Below, in pieces: positions 32,308 to 41,125 of a stretch of DNA of 52,757 bases (the stretch's first letter is position 1; every line of letters begins with the position of its first letter). The DNA is from a virus. The translations under genes were made by a program, and so were the position numbers. Location of the stretch: the IMG/VR virus record IMGVR_UViG_3300022930_000003; one strand, given 5' to 3'. Under the pieces are notes generated by a model. It did no database searches and was not told the DNA's origin. It worked only from the letters and a program-made list of their open reading frames with translations.

Positions 32308-34052
32308 TTCCTAGACCATACCAGCAAATTTGTGGCGATAAAGCTATCGCCCACATGCGCGCAACTCCAGAGCCTGGGGTTGTTGTCGTAACCACGGCTG
32401 GCGGGAAATCGGTGATTACAACAATCGTCGCCAAGGTTGTTGCAAGCTCTGGCAAGCGCGTTCTTTGCCTTGCTCCAAATGGTGATTTGGTTTCGGAGAG
32501 TGCGAAAAAATACCGCGCCACCGGAGAATATTGCTCAATCTTTAGCGCTAGTTTGAATTCCAAAGCGACCGGCCATCATGTAGTCTTTGGCACGCCCGGA
32601 AGCGTTGTTAACGCACTGGAAGAGTTTGACGATGAATATGCGCTACTTATTATCGATGAGTGCGCAGGCGTCTCTGACGACGATCAGACCACCTATCAAC
32701 GCATCATTGCTCATTTGCGAGGAAAGAATCCAAAACTTCGCATCCTTGGCCTTGATGCCGTACCGGTTCGAGGCAAAGAAAAATTGATTGGACCTAATCA
32801 GACGTTCAAGCATGTAATTTATGAATTACCTCACCATGTTTTGTCTGAACTAGGCTGGGTAGTTAAATACCGGCTTGGATTCACGAAGGAGCATTACGAC
32901 CTCGCAAAGTTAAAAACTATTGGAGGCAAGTTCAAGCAGTCCGAAGTTGACGATGCCACCCTAAATAAAGAGCGTCTTAGCCGATCAATCATTGCTGACA
33001 TGATTAAAATCATGTCAGACGACAATCGTAAATGCGCAATTATTTTTACTGCAAGTATCAAACACGCGCAAGAGGTTTTGTCATATCTGCCTGATGGTGA
33101 AGCCGTCCTAATTACTGGAAAGACCGGCAAGACTTTGCGCAAAGACAGCATCGAAGAAGCCAGGCGCGGAGAATGGCGGTATCTGGTAACGGTTAATGCA
33201 CTTTCAGTAGGAACTGATATACCGATTGTTGATACCGTTGTGTTTCTTCGCGCAACCGAGTCGATTCGACTTTTACTCCAAGCAATGGGCCGTGGTTGTC
33301 GCCTATGGGATGAAAATTGGCCTTTGCCACCTGGGGAAATGAATTGGCAGCATAAGGAATATCGCGGAAAGCGTGATGCATTAATTCTTGATTTTGGGGA
33401 AAACATAGAGAGGTTTTCGCTTGATGATGACCTAACAATAACAGGGCTAGTTGCGTCAAAAAACGACCAAGCCGCCGACGAAGAGTATTTCGAGATTGAT
33501 TGCCCCGACTGCAACACGGTAAATCGTCACACTGCACAAAGGTGCGTAGGGATCACGCAAACGGGCCGCTGTGATTATCGTTTTATTTTTAAGGAGTGTG
33601 GCTCGTGCCAAGCACAAAACAGCCCTAGCGCCCGCCATTGCTACAAGTGCGATGAGGAATTGATTGATCCAAACAAGCGATTGACACGCACTGCTGCTGT
33701 CGGCCCTGGCATACCGTTTCAAGTGGCCGTGATGGACATGACCATCCGCCCCCACTGGAAAGGCGAGTCGCAGACCTTGCGTGTGGACTATGGCGTGACG
33801 GACGGCTCCAAGTCGTGGGAAGTTTCGCAGTTCTTGAAGCCAGGGAACTACCTGTTTCACAAGTGGACGGAACGCGTAGGCGCATTGGGTAACACAGTGG
33901 ACAATGTGATGCTTGAGGCCGCGCAGTTAAGAGCACCAACACGTTTGATGGTAAAGAAAAAAAAGGCTTCCAAGTATTACGACATAGTTACGATGTACCA
34001 CGATCCGACTATTGATAGGAATAAGCAATTGGACCAAGCCCAGCCAAGTTGA
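32301..34052 (+). CDS. Superfamily-2 (DEAD/DEAH, ResIII-type) helicase with C-terminal zinc ribbons
   Basis: Motif I TTAGGKS, motif II LLIIDECA, and C-terminal CPDCN...C...CGSC...C..C. The GTG start overlaps the HNH gene stop. Confidence 0.85.
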   Translation: MLIPRPYQQICGDKAIAHMRATPEPGVVVVTTAGGKSVITTIVAKVVASSGKRVLCLAPNGDLVSESAKKYRATGEYCSIFSASLNSKATGHHVVFGTPGSVVNALEEFDDEYALLIIDECAGVSDDDQTTYQRIIAHLRGKNPKLRILGLDAVPVRGKEKLIGPNQTFKHVIYELPHHVLSELGWVVKYRLGFTKEHYDLAKLKTIGGKFKQSEVDDATLNKERLSRSIIADMIKIMSDDNRKCAIIFTASIKHAQEVLSYLPDGEAVLITGKTGKTLRKDSIEEARRGEWRYLVTVNALSVGTDIPIVDTVVFLRATESIRLLLQAMGRGCRLWDENWPLPPGEMNWQHKEYRGKRDALILDFGENIERFSLDDDLTITGLVASKNDQAADEEYFEIDCPDCNTVNRHTAQRCVGITQTGRCDYRFIFKECGSCQAQNSPSARHCYKCDEELIDPNKRLTRTAAVGPGIPFQVAVMDMTIRPHWKGESQTLRVDYGVTDGSKSWEVSQFLKPGNYLFHKWTERVGALGNTVDNVMLEAAQLRAPTRLMVKKKKASKYYDIVTMYHDPTIDRNKQLDQAQPS

Positions 34053-34083
34053 TACGATTAGGCATTAACCAAATAGGAAAGAC

Positions 34084-34311
34084 ATGCCACTACCGCCCCA
34101 CCAAAAGCGGATAGCGTCAAAAATATGTGCAAGTGCTACTAAGAGCGAACGCGCAAAACTGGCCCACTATCTAGCGGAGATTCAGAGCGATGATGAGTTG
34201 TTTTGTAGATGCTTGCGCAAAGCAGTTGCAGCATTAGAGCGTTTTAACGATTCGGATTTGAAATGGCTACTTAAGTGGCTACCCATCATAGAGAGAGGTT
34301 TGGATAAATGA
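34084..34311 (+). CDS. Hypothetical protein
   Basis: 75-aa ORF with an AGGAAAGAC RBS. Confidence 0.5.
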   Translation: MPLPPHQKRIASKICASATKSERAKLAHYLAEIQSDDELFCRCLRKAVAALERFNDSDLKWLLKWLPIIERGLDK

Positions 34312-34748
34312 AAATCAAAATTAAAAAGCTACATCCGGATGCGATTGTTCCGATTTACGCCACAGCAGGGGCGGCGTGCTTTGATATTCATGCCGTGATT
34401 GACAACGATGAGCGCGCAGGCAGTTTGTTGGGCGGTCATGTTGCCTCCATCGGGACCGGCTTGGCTTTTGAAGTTCCTCCTGGATTTGCTCTCAAGCTGT
34501 TCAGCCGAAGTGGGCATGGACTTAAGGGAGTATCTCTCGCAAACGGTACCGGAATTATCGACAGTGATTACCGTGGAGAACTTAAAGTCCTGCTTATCAA
34601 TCACAGCGACGATGACGTTGATATTAATCACGGCGACCGAATCGCCCAAGCAATGATTATTCCGTTTGAAAAAGTTGGCTTTGAGGTAGTCGAAGAACTC
34701 AGTGAAACTGAGCGCGGCAATGGCGGGTTTGGGAGTACGGGGAAATGA
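34308..34748 (+). CDS. dut: dUTP diphosphatase
   Basis: GIIDSDYRGELKV, RIAQ and C-terminal RGNGGFGSTG motifs. Confidence 0.93.
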   Translation: MKIKIKKLHPDAIVPIYATAGAACFDIHAVIDNDERAGSLLGGHVASIGTGLAFEVPPGFALKLFSRSGHGLKGVSLANGTGIIDSDYRGELKVLLINHSDDDVDINHGDRIAQAMIIPFEKVGFEVVEELSETERGNGGFGSTGK

Positions 34749-34939
34749 GCGAGCAAGTAAAACAATACCTAGACAGCCTCAGTGATGGTCAAGTGCTTGA
34801 ATATTTAAAGGTTGCACACGATGATATTCATGCAATCCCTGACAATCAATTAAATGGAGAATGGCACGAAGCTTGTTTCGCGGGACTTTGCATGTTGGCG
34901 CAAGAGGCTAGCAAGCGTGGATTGAAGGTGGCAAAATGA
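34745..34939 (+). CDS. Hypothetical protein
   Basis: 64-aa ORF with 4-nt overlaps. Confidence 0.5.
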   Translation: MSEQVKQYLDSLSDGQVLEYLKVAHDDIHAIPDNQLNGEWHEACFAGLCMLAQEASKRGLKVAK

Positions 34940-35121
34940 CCAAGCACAAACTAACGCCGTGGTTTCCGGCTGATGTGAAGCCGGTTAGGCATGGGATTTA
35001 TGAAAGAAGTTACGGGTTCTTTAAATTAAAAGACTTATGGGATGGAAATTATTGGAGGTATCAAGTGAGCAAAAAAATTTGCTTTAATCAGAACAGAGAT
35101 TGGCGAGGCATCCAAAAATGA
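34936..35121 (+). CDS. Hypothetical protein
   Basis: 61-aa ORF with a 4-nt overlap. Confidence 0.5.
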   Translation: MTKHKLTPWFPADVKPVRHGIYERSYGFFKLKDLWDGNYWRYQVSKKICFNQNRDWRGIQK

Positions 35122-35282
35122 AACCAGAAGAATACAGCCAGCAAACCGACAAGATGCGGTTTTATAGTTCTCGTAAAATTTGCACTAAATGCAAAGAAAC
35201 GAAGCCGCAGCTTGGCGGAAAATCGATTGCAAAACCAAACTCAAGTCGTAAGGTTTGGGTTTGCAAAACATGTATTACATAA
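35118..35282 (+). CDS. Small zinc-ribbon protein
   Basis: ATGA-coupled start at 35118. CTKC...CKTC motif. Its 3' end overlaps the convergent i-spanin by 8 nt. Confidence 0.45.
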   Translation: MKPEEYSQQTDKMRFYSSRKICTKCKETKPQLGGKSIAKPNSSRKVWVCKTCIT

Positions 35283-35781
35283 GGTCATTAGCTCGAACAA
35301 AACCTTGGCAAGCTCGACCAGCTGCAAACCCTTCTTCCACACGTAGCTCTAGCGCTCTAATATCTCGTTCAATGTCTTCACGAACCAACCCGCCTCCGGT
35401 ATTGGCTTCAATGCTTCCGGGGGCGCTTTGGGGATTGGCCGGGCTGGAAGGTCTACCACAGATGGCGGTACCGACTCGCAGCCTGCGAGAAACAGCAAGA
35501 TCAGACTTAACTTTAGACAGTTCTTCATTGTATTTATTTCCCAATACTTCGTTGTTATCCGAGAATTGCTTTCTCAAGTCTTCATTTTCTTTGTTTCGTT
35601 TTGCCACTGCCTTATCTTCTGCCGCTTTGATCTTGGCTTTGTCAGCATCCCAAAGTGCTTGCACCTCGGCACGACCCTTCTTGACATAGTGATTCGTGGC
35701 GGCGTAATACCCAGCACCAAGCGCGCCAGTTATCACCAACCCTGCAATGATTTTAATCAGTAGAGGCGACAGCTTTAGCAT
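35275..35781 (-). CDS. i-spanin (Rz-like)
   Basis: ATG at 35781 after AAGGAA. N-terminal TM (LLIKIIAGLVITGALGAGYY), then a charged coiled coil. It lies downstream of the holin. Confidence 0.8.
   Translation of the reverse strand: MLKLSPLLIKIIAGLVITGALGAGYYAATNHYVKKGRAEVQALWDADKAKIKAAEDKAVAKRNKENEDLRKQFSDNNEVLGNKYNEELSKVKSDLAVSRRLRVGTAICGRPSSPANPQSAPGSIEANTGGGLVREDIERDIRALELRVEEGFAAGRACQGFVRANDLM
35348..35527 (-). CDS. o-spanin (Rz1-like lipoprotein), fully embedded in the i-spanin gene in another frame
   Basis: My translation is MKNCLKLSLILLFLAGCESVPPSVVDLPARPIPKAPPEALKPIPEAGWFVKTLNEILER. It has an LAGC lipobox and a Pro-rich mature part. At 59 aa it is missed by the ORF track. Confidence 0.8.
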
Positions 35782-36106
35782 CTTTTTCCTTTTCCAAGGC
35801 GGGTGCTTGGATGAGTTTGGTAACGGTTGGGGCGATCCAGGCAGCAACATAAATAGCGAGATAGCCCTCACTCATTTTGCCACCAGCCGTGAGGTAAATC
35901 ATCAGCCAAGTGGTGAGCATGAAAGCCCCGAGCATCACAACAGAGGCTTTGCTCATCCGGCCATCGTCACCAAGCAATAGGTCTTCGATGTTGATGCGAC
36001 TTACAGGGTCACGGTTGCGTTTAATAACGGCGGCAATAAGCCACAGCACCACCAGCACTAAAACGCCGTACATGATGGCCTGAGCGGTTAAATACTGATC
36101 AACCAT
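35753..36106 (-). CDS. Putative holin (three hydrophobic segments)
   Basis: Hydrophobic segments AIMYGVLVLVVLWLIAAVI, ASVVMLGAFMLTTWLMIYL and YLAIYVAAWIAPTV. It overlaps the endolysin stop via ATGGTTGA. Confidence 0.65.
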   Translation of the reverse strand: MVDQYLTAQAIMYGVLVLVVLWLIAAVIKRNRDPVSRINIEDLLLGDDGRMSKASVVMLGAFMLTTWLMIYLTAGGKMSEGYLAIYVAAWIAPTVTKLIQAPALEKEKDAKAVASTD

Positions 36107-36539
36107 TGCGCATCATCTCTGCAAGGCGCACAGATCGATTGCCTACCTGTTTTGCCCATTTGCTTGCCAACATGTTTCTCGCGGCTTGTTCGTACTTTCC
36201 ATTTTTGACGAACGTCAGTGTGTTGACAAAACCAAGTAAGCCTTGAAGGCCAAGATTGAAGCACATATTGACGATCACTCGTTGGCGCGCATAGCTTAGT
36301 GTTCGCCACCACGGCAAGCTGCGATCAAGATCATCAAACACATCTGCCAAATCACCAGCCAGGATTCTGTTTACTTGCGTGTCGTTTAATGGAAATTTCC
36401 ACAAAGTGGGAAGTGGCTTTGCTTCCATATTGTGGCCGACGCCGACAGTCTGAACATTGACCGTATCAAAATATGGAGAATAGCGGACACCCTCATCACG
36501 GCGCAATTCTTCATTTAAGATGATATCGTCTGGTTTCAT
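36099..36539 (-). CDS. Endolysin, GH24 T4-type lysozyme
   Basis: Catalytic E-x8-D-x5-T pattern in RRDEGVRYSPYFDTVNVQTVGVGHN. The start is either 36539 (ATGA-coupled) or 36551. Confidence 0.9.
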   Translation of the reverse strand: MKPDDIILNEELRRDEGVRYSPYFDTVNVQTVGVGHNMEAKPLPTLWKFPLNDTQVNRILAGDLADVFDDLDRSLPWWRTLSYARQRVIVNMCFNLGLQGLLGFVNTLTFVKNGKYEQAARNMLASKWAKQVGNRSVRLAEMMRNG

Positions 36540-36715
36540 TTGTGCGCCCATTTAAGTACCCCGCCGTGATAAGAGCACGTTCCCATGCGTTTTGTTGAAA
36601 AACTAACCGTCATATCTTTGCAAGTGGCAGATGGGTTAGGGTTTATGTCAACAAAGTGCGTGATCGCAAAATACAATGCGATCAACAGCACAATTGCCAA
36701 TACAGCATACTTCAC
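36536..36715 (-). CDS. Membrane-anchored DUF3761-like small protein (59 aa, GTG start)
   Basis: My translation is VKYAVLAIVLLIALYFAITHFVDINPNPSATCKDMTVSFSTKRMGTCSYHGGVLKWAHK. C..........GTCS.HGGV..W is the DUF3761-type motif. GTGA and ATGA couple it to its neighbours. Confidence 0.5.
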   Translation of the reverse strand: MKYAVLAIVLLIALYFAITHFVDINPNPSATCKDMTVSFSTKRMGTCSYHGGVLKWAHK

Positions 36716-37002
36716 GTTCGATCCTGCTTTTTTCCAATGGCCGACATAATTTCCTGCCTTTCGGTCCGCATTTCTGCTTTGATTTCATTAAAGATTTGTC
36801 GATTATCTTCTTTAAATTCTTTGAGAATTAATTGCATGTCGCCTTTCTTAACGCAATTTTCAGCGACATTTACCTCAAGGCTGGAAAAGTGGCGCTTCAA
36901 CTCTTGAACGGAATCAAACAAGCGCCAGATAAAAGCACCGATGAATGTCATTCCAATGCCAATTGCTGATAGAAAGACACTCAGCGGTATTTTATCTTCC
37001 AT
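36712..37002 (-). CDS. Membrane protein with one TM and a coiled coil
   Basis: TM segment LSVFLSAIGIGMTFIGAFIW, then a charged helical region. Confidence 0.55.
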   Translation of the reverse strand: MEDKIPLSVFLSAIGIGMTFIGAFIWRLFDSVQELKRHFSSLEVNVAENCVKKGDMQLILKEFKEDNRQIFNEIKAEMRTERQEIMSAIGKKQDRT

Positions 37003-37202
37003 TAAAATTCTTCCTCAATCGGTTTTTTAGGATCAATCCACTTATCGCCATCTTTGATAAAACCGTAGCTTACGTATTCCGGAATCTTGATAAATTCAGC
37101 AGCAATTGTTTCGTAAAACTCATTCCAAGGATCATACGAGATATCAACCACTTGGTTTTTAACCAATCTACCGTACTTTTGCTTCATATTACGACTCCAC
37201 AA
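37002..37202 (-). CDS. Hypothetical protein
   Basis: 66-aa ORF between the Gly-rich gene and the membrane protein. Confidence 0.5.
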   Translation of the reverse strand: MWSRNMKQKYGRLVKNQVVDISYDPWNEFYETIAAEFIKIPEYVSYGFIKDGDKWIDPKKPIEEEF

Positions 37203-37974
37203 TAATCAAACCAGCCGCCCCGAATCCAAAAGTAGTGCCAAAACCGCCGCCACCGCCTGGGAAGCCTCCATTCCCACCGACATTCCCAGTCCCACCGCCG
37301 CCGCCGTTAACTCCATTGGCTCCAAAATTACCGGCTGCGGTTCCAGATCCTGCGCCACCACCACCTGTCCCAATTCCATCTAAAGACAAATCCATTCCAT
37401 GCATACCATTGCCGGCACTAGTAGCTAAGGCTGTTCCACCCTCACCAAAAACACCATTGCCGCCAGGGGCCAGGGCAGCACCGCCACCGCCACCAGCGTT
37501 GCCGTTTCGCGCCGCTTGCGTCGCATTACCGCCGTTTCCGCCGTTGCCAAAAACTCCCGCTGCACCACCGCCGCCACCTGCCGCCGCAGATGATCCGCCA
37601 ACACGATTTATATCCCCATTAACACCAGTGCCGCCCGCCGTCCCGCCGCTAGCCCCGCCAGTCGCGGAAACAAGAGAGCCGAACGAACTAGTTTGACCTG
37701 CGCCAGCAGCTACAGTAGCCGTAACAGATGCGCCAGCAGTTTGACCAGTCAAAGTCTTAACCGCAAAACCGCCTCCTGCCCCTGCGCCGGTCGCCGTAGC
37801 ATCACCGCCACCGCCCCAAACTCGCACACGAAAAGTGGTGGCGGGAAAAACAAAAGTTTGAGTGGCAGTGATGAATTGGACTTTGCCAGTCCCGAAAGAG
37901 CCTAGGACTAAATTGGCTGGCCGATTTGAAACAATGATGTCGCCAGATGGACCGGGTGTAACGTAGTGACCCAT
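37189..37974 (-). CDS. Glycine-rich domain protein (putative fibre or fibre-tip component)
   Basis: FVFPATTFRVRVWGGGGDA..., long GGxGG runs, and a C-terminal ...GAAGLIIVES, which is the typical layout of glycine-rich domains. Confidence 0.68.
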   Translation of the reverse strand: MGHYVTPGPSGDIIVSNRPANLVLGSFGTGKVQFITATQTFVFPATTFRVRVWGGGGDATATGAGAGGGFAVKTLTGQTAGASVTATVAAGAGQTSSFGSLVSATGGASGGTAGGTGVNGDINRVGGSSAAAGGGGGAAGVFGNGGNGGNATQAARNGNAGGGGGAALAPGGNGVFGEGGTALATSAGNGMHGMDLSLDGIGTGGGGAGSGTAAGNFGANGVNGGGGGTGNVGGNGGFPGGGGGFGTTFGFGAAGLIIVES

Positions 37975-37983
37975 GGTGTGCCT

Positions 37984-38316
37984 TTAAGGAAGAATTGGAG
38001 ATTCAAAGCCGTGAACGCGGATAGCAACTTGTGTGTTGCTTGCATAGGCATTCACAATTTCAGTTGGGCTGATTACCAATGCACTTTCCTCAACCACACC
38101 GCTTGGAGGAATAACAAAGTCTTTGGGCAGGATGTAATCCGCATTTGCCGCAGCGCCAGCGACGGGAGAAATTGCCAAACGCACAGAAACCGGATTTACC
38201 ATATCACTATTTACCATTCGAATGTTAACAGTAGCCACTTTGCCATTTGGGACAGTATAGACACTTGTCCAAGTGTTGAGCAAAAGTGCCGCAGTGCCGA
38301 GTTTTCCAGAAGCCAT
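37984..38316 (-). CDS. Hypothetical small beta-rich virion-module protein
   Basis: 110-aa ORF in the fibre cluster. Confidence 0.5.
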   Translation of the reverse strand: MASGKLGTAALLLNTWTSVYTVPNGKVATVNIRMVNSDMVNPVSVRLAISPVAGAAANADYILPKDFVIPPSGVVEESALVISPTEIVNAYASNTQVAIRVHGFESPILP

Positions 38317-38618
38317 TAGAATTGTCCGGTGTAATAAAATTTAGCGTCAGAAACAGCCGCCTCAATAACAGGAGTCAGCAAAGTGGAAAGGTAATCAGCC
38401 ATCTGCTGCCAAGTGACTTTTACATCTGCGTTAGCCTGGGCGCAGTAAAAAACGTCAATAGGGTTAAGTGCGCCAGCAGGATTAAGGTCAACCACTCGAA
38501 CATCGCCATAGGCGAGTGCATCGGTAATGGAAGGCTCAGATTCTACAAGATTTTCAAGGCTGCTAAAGCTGGCGAGCAATTCCTTTAGCTGCGCTTCCTG
38601 AACGGCTGTAAATGCCAT
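38316..38618 (-). CDS. Hypothetical protein in the fibre cluster
   Basis: 100-aa ORF with 1-nt overlaps on both sides. Confidence 0.5.
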   Translation of the reverse strand: MAFTAVQEAQLKELLASFSSLENLVESEPSITDALAYGDVRVVDLNPAGALNPIDVFYCAQANADVKVTWQQMADYLSTLLTPVIEAAVSDAKFYYTGQF

Positions 38619-39052
38619 TACGCCTCCCTAGCAGTGATCTGAACAGCAATGGTCGAAGCCGTTGCGCCAATTACCGGAATATTGTTTGCAGTTACAGTGC
38701 CAAGTGTCAAAGTAGCGTTACTCAGGACTTTAAACACTGGAACGCCAGTCCCAACCTTGTAGCCGATAGCGTGTAAATATTTTGTTGGATCGCCCTTTAC
38801 GATTGCCGAAACCGTAATAAAGCAATCGTTCATTTTGATTGCATTAACACCATTGCCATCTGTTAGAAAATCACGATTGATTTTCCTGAAAACCTCACGG
38901 AAAAGCCAGTTCAACCAGTTTGCAGCCAGAGGCATACCGCGCTTGCCCTGCTGCTTTGGCTCCCAACCATTCATCATAATCGACTCAGGTGGAGGCTCAG
39001 TATTGTTTTGACCATCTGAATATGTGATCAGAGTTTCTGCAAATGTGGTCAT
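38618..39052 (-). CDS. Short tail fibre protein
   Basis: N-terminal NGWEPKQQGKRGMPLAANWLNWLFREV matches the conserved fibre N-terminus (GW...P.A..LNWL). Confidence 0.6.
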   Translation of the reverse strand: MTTFAETLITYSDGQNNTEPPPESIMMNGWEPKQQGKRGMPLAANWLNWLFREVFRKINRDFLTDGNGVNAIKMNDCFITVSAIVKGDPTKYLHAIGYKVGTGVPVFKVLSNATLTLGTVTANNIPVIGATASTIAVQITAREA

Positions 39053-39705
39053 TACTGGAATACTCCGGTCAATTTAAGGCTTGATTGCAAGATTGAATAG
39101 TTATTTTTTACGCGGATTCTACGTCCATCTAATGTAAGCAACCTTTTTCTAGCCATGGTCACAAACACGCCTAATTGTACACCAGCAAGCTCGGACTCGT
39201 TATCAGGCTCACTGCTATTCCGAGATAGCCTGAGCGCACTGGAACCAAAAGAAACAAGAATTGGAACATCTGAAATTGCGGCTGGCGCAACATCTTGAAC
39301 GCCTGCCTGTGTTGCCTCATTTGCGCCATATCCATCGGTATATAAAATTGCAGTCGCGGGAAATGATTCCATGTACTGGACGTTATCCGCCTCAGTTGTT
39401 CCTCGCACCACATAAATCAAATCAGACGGACGGCCTTTGGATACATTGACAAAAACTCGAAACTTGATAGCCAGTCGATATACATCATCTGACCGGCCCA
39501 ATCGAGGCTCGCCAACAGCAATTCCAATTTTGTCTAATTGAATTCCGATAGCAGTATCGACAGATCGTCCATCGCGAACTTGATCTGCTACCACTTCCAG
39601 CAATGAAAGCTGCTTTGGCAGAGCGCATACAACAGCTTCTATTGCCAACTTGCCTTGGAAAACACTAGTTAGACGACTCTTGGCGAGTCCCTCATAGTCC
39701 ATCAT
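39052..39705 (-). CDS. Baseplate / fibre-attachment protein (P2 gpI- or DUF2612-like)
   Basis: Position immediately after baseplate J; 217 aa. Confidence 0.5.
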   Translation of the reverse strand: MMDYEGLAKSRLTSVFQGKLAIEAVVCALPKQLSLLEVVADQVRDGRSVDTAIGIQLDKIGIAVGEPRLGRSDDVYRLAIKFRVFVNVSKGRPSDLIYVVRGTTEADNVQYMESFPATAILYTDGYGANEATQAGVQDVAPAAISDVPILVSFGSSALRLSRNSSEPDNESELAGVQLGVFVTMARKRLLTLDGRRIRVKNNYSILQSSLKLTGVFQ

Positions 39706-41114
39706 AAACCCACCACCGTAATTCTATCCATTGAAAAAATTGGAAGTTCACTACGCCCAATGGCTTTATTCGTGGTGCTATAGGATGGGGTATCGCCAGG
39801 GGCGGCTGTTACGGCAGATTCAATTGTTACCATTCCCAAACCGCTCGTGTTCAAGTAGATAGGTCCAATAAAGCGTTGATTGATAACGTCTTCTCCCACG
39901 TCCAGTAAATTTCCCGTGTTGAAAACTGCATCTTTTATTGCTTGCACAGTTGCAATTGGAAGTTGTTCCTCTGGATAAAGCTGAGTGACGGTGACACGAA
40001 TCCACACATAAATTGAGGCGGCACGAGAAAAATTAATTGGCTGCAAATCGCCATTGTCATCAGTCACATCAATGGAAATGTTGCCGTATGTTTCAATGCC
40101 AGCAGGTTTGTTTTCCCAAATATTTTTTGCCACTGCCTGATCATTACCACCACGCACAATAGCCTCAAAAGAATGAGGCGGGACCAGTCCTACAAATAAG
40201 TGCGTGCGATTCTCAAATACATTGACGGTGGTAACGCCCGGAACCTCTTGCAGCAACCGCGAACGAATGGCTGTAACAGTGGCAGAGCCAGCTACCCTAG
40301 AAACTGTGGAATGGCGCAAACGCAAGTCGGCATCACTTTCAATGTCGCGACTGCCAGAACCGGCAATCAAATTGCTAACCCCTGTCCACCCAAAAACAGG
40401 AGTGTCAATGTCCGCTAGCGCACCAATTGGAAGTTCGCGAGCGCCGCTGACGACTGAAACAAAAACCGCAGGCGATCCCATTTGAACGGTAGTGATATTG
40501 GCACTCTTCGCATATGAAAAAGGCGTTTGCCCGTCCAATGCAGATATGCGCAAAACGTCATCAGCAACCACCTTGACATAGCCTGTAATGGCTGCTGCCA
40601 AGGCCGTCAAAATGCTTGCATCAGTTGCACCAATGCCAGAATTAACGCTGTAAAGAACTCCATTAAGCGTCACGCTGTAAACTGTGGAATCAGCAAGTGT
40701 GGCGATTTCTACGCGCACATCAATTACACGCGATGCCGTGATAATTACATCGGAGGTGTTAAAGTATTGAACGTCGGCGTGCGTGACAGCATTTGCCGGA
40801 ACAATAGAACCCTCATCCCCATAAGCAGCGGCAGTAACCACAACCGGCGCAGCAGGGATTCGCACAATACCCAAAAGTGATACTGCGCGATCCAGATTGA
40901 TTCCCTCAGCCGTGGCTGGATAGGCGCTGTTGTAAACGTCATCCAGCATTTCCCAGCAGTCATCTAGTGCCGCAGCACTGATACCGTTAAGCTGGCCCAA
41001 GAACGCATCAGGAGACGTGTTAACAGGCCCCAGTGCACTAGTAACACTCTCGTCAAGCTGGGTCTTTAAATCGGCTAAGCGTGGGCGCTCAAGGCCAGTC
41101 GGGGTAAGTGCCAT
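39702..41114 (-). CDS. Baseplate J-like protein
   Basis: N-terminal ...RPRLADLKTQLDESV...YPATAEGINLDRAVSLLGIVR, the typical J-family pattern; 470 aa. Confidence 0.8.
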   Translation of the reverse strand: MALTPTGLERPRLADLKTQLDESVTSALGPVNTSPDAFLGQLNGISAAALDDCWEMLDDVYNSAYPATAEGINLDRAVSLLGIVRIPAAPVVVTAAAYGDEGSIVPANAVTHADVQYFNTSDVIITASRVIDVRVEIATLADSTVYSVTLNGVLYSVNSGIGATDASILTALAAAITGYVKVVADDVLRISALDGQTPFSYAKSANITTVQMGSPAVFVSVVSGARELPIGALADIDTPVFGWTGVSNLIAGSGSRDIESDADLRLRHSTVSRVAGSATVTAIRSRLLQEVPGVTTVNVFENRTHLFVGLVPPHSFEAIVRGGNDQAVAKNIWENKPAGIETYGNISIDVTDDNGDLQPINFSRAASIYVWIRVTVTQLYPEEQLPIATVQAIKDAVFNTGNLLDVGEDVINQRFIGPIYLNTSGLGMVTIESAVTAAPGDTPSYSTTNKAIGRSELPIFSMDRITVVGL

Positions 41115-41125
41115 GTTCTCTTTTC

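Noticed and set aside
32894-33942. Minus-strand ORFs of 105-207 aa
   Set aside because: They are antisense to the SF2 helicase, which has clear motifs I and II.
37235-37696. 153-aa proline-rich ORF on the plus strand
   Set aside because: It is a mirror image of the Gly-rich gene (GGN codons read as NCC), with no independent support.
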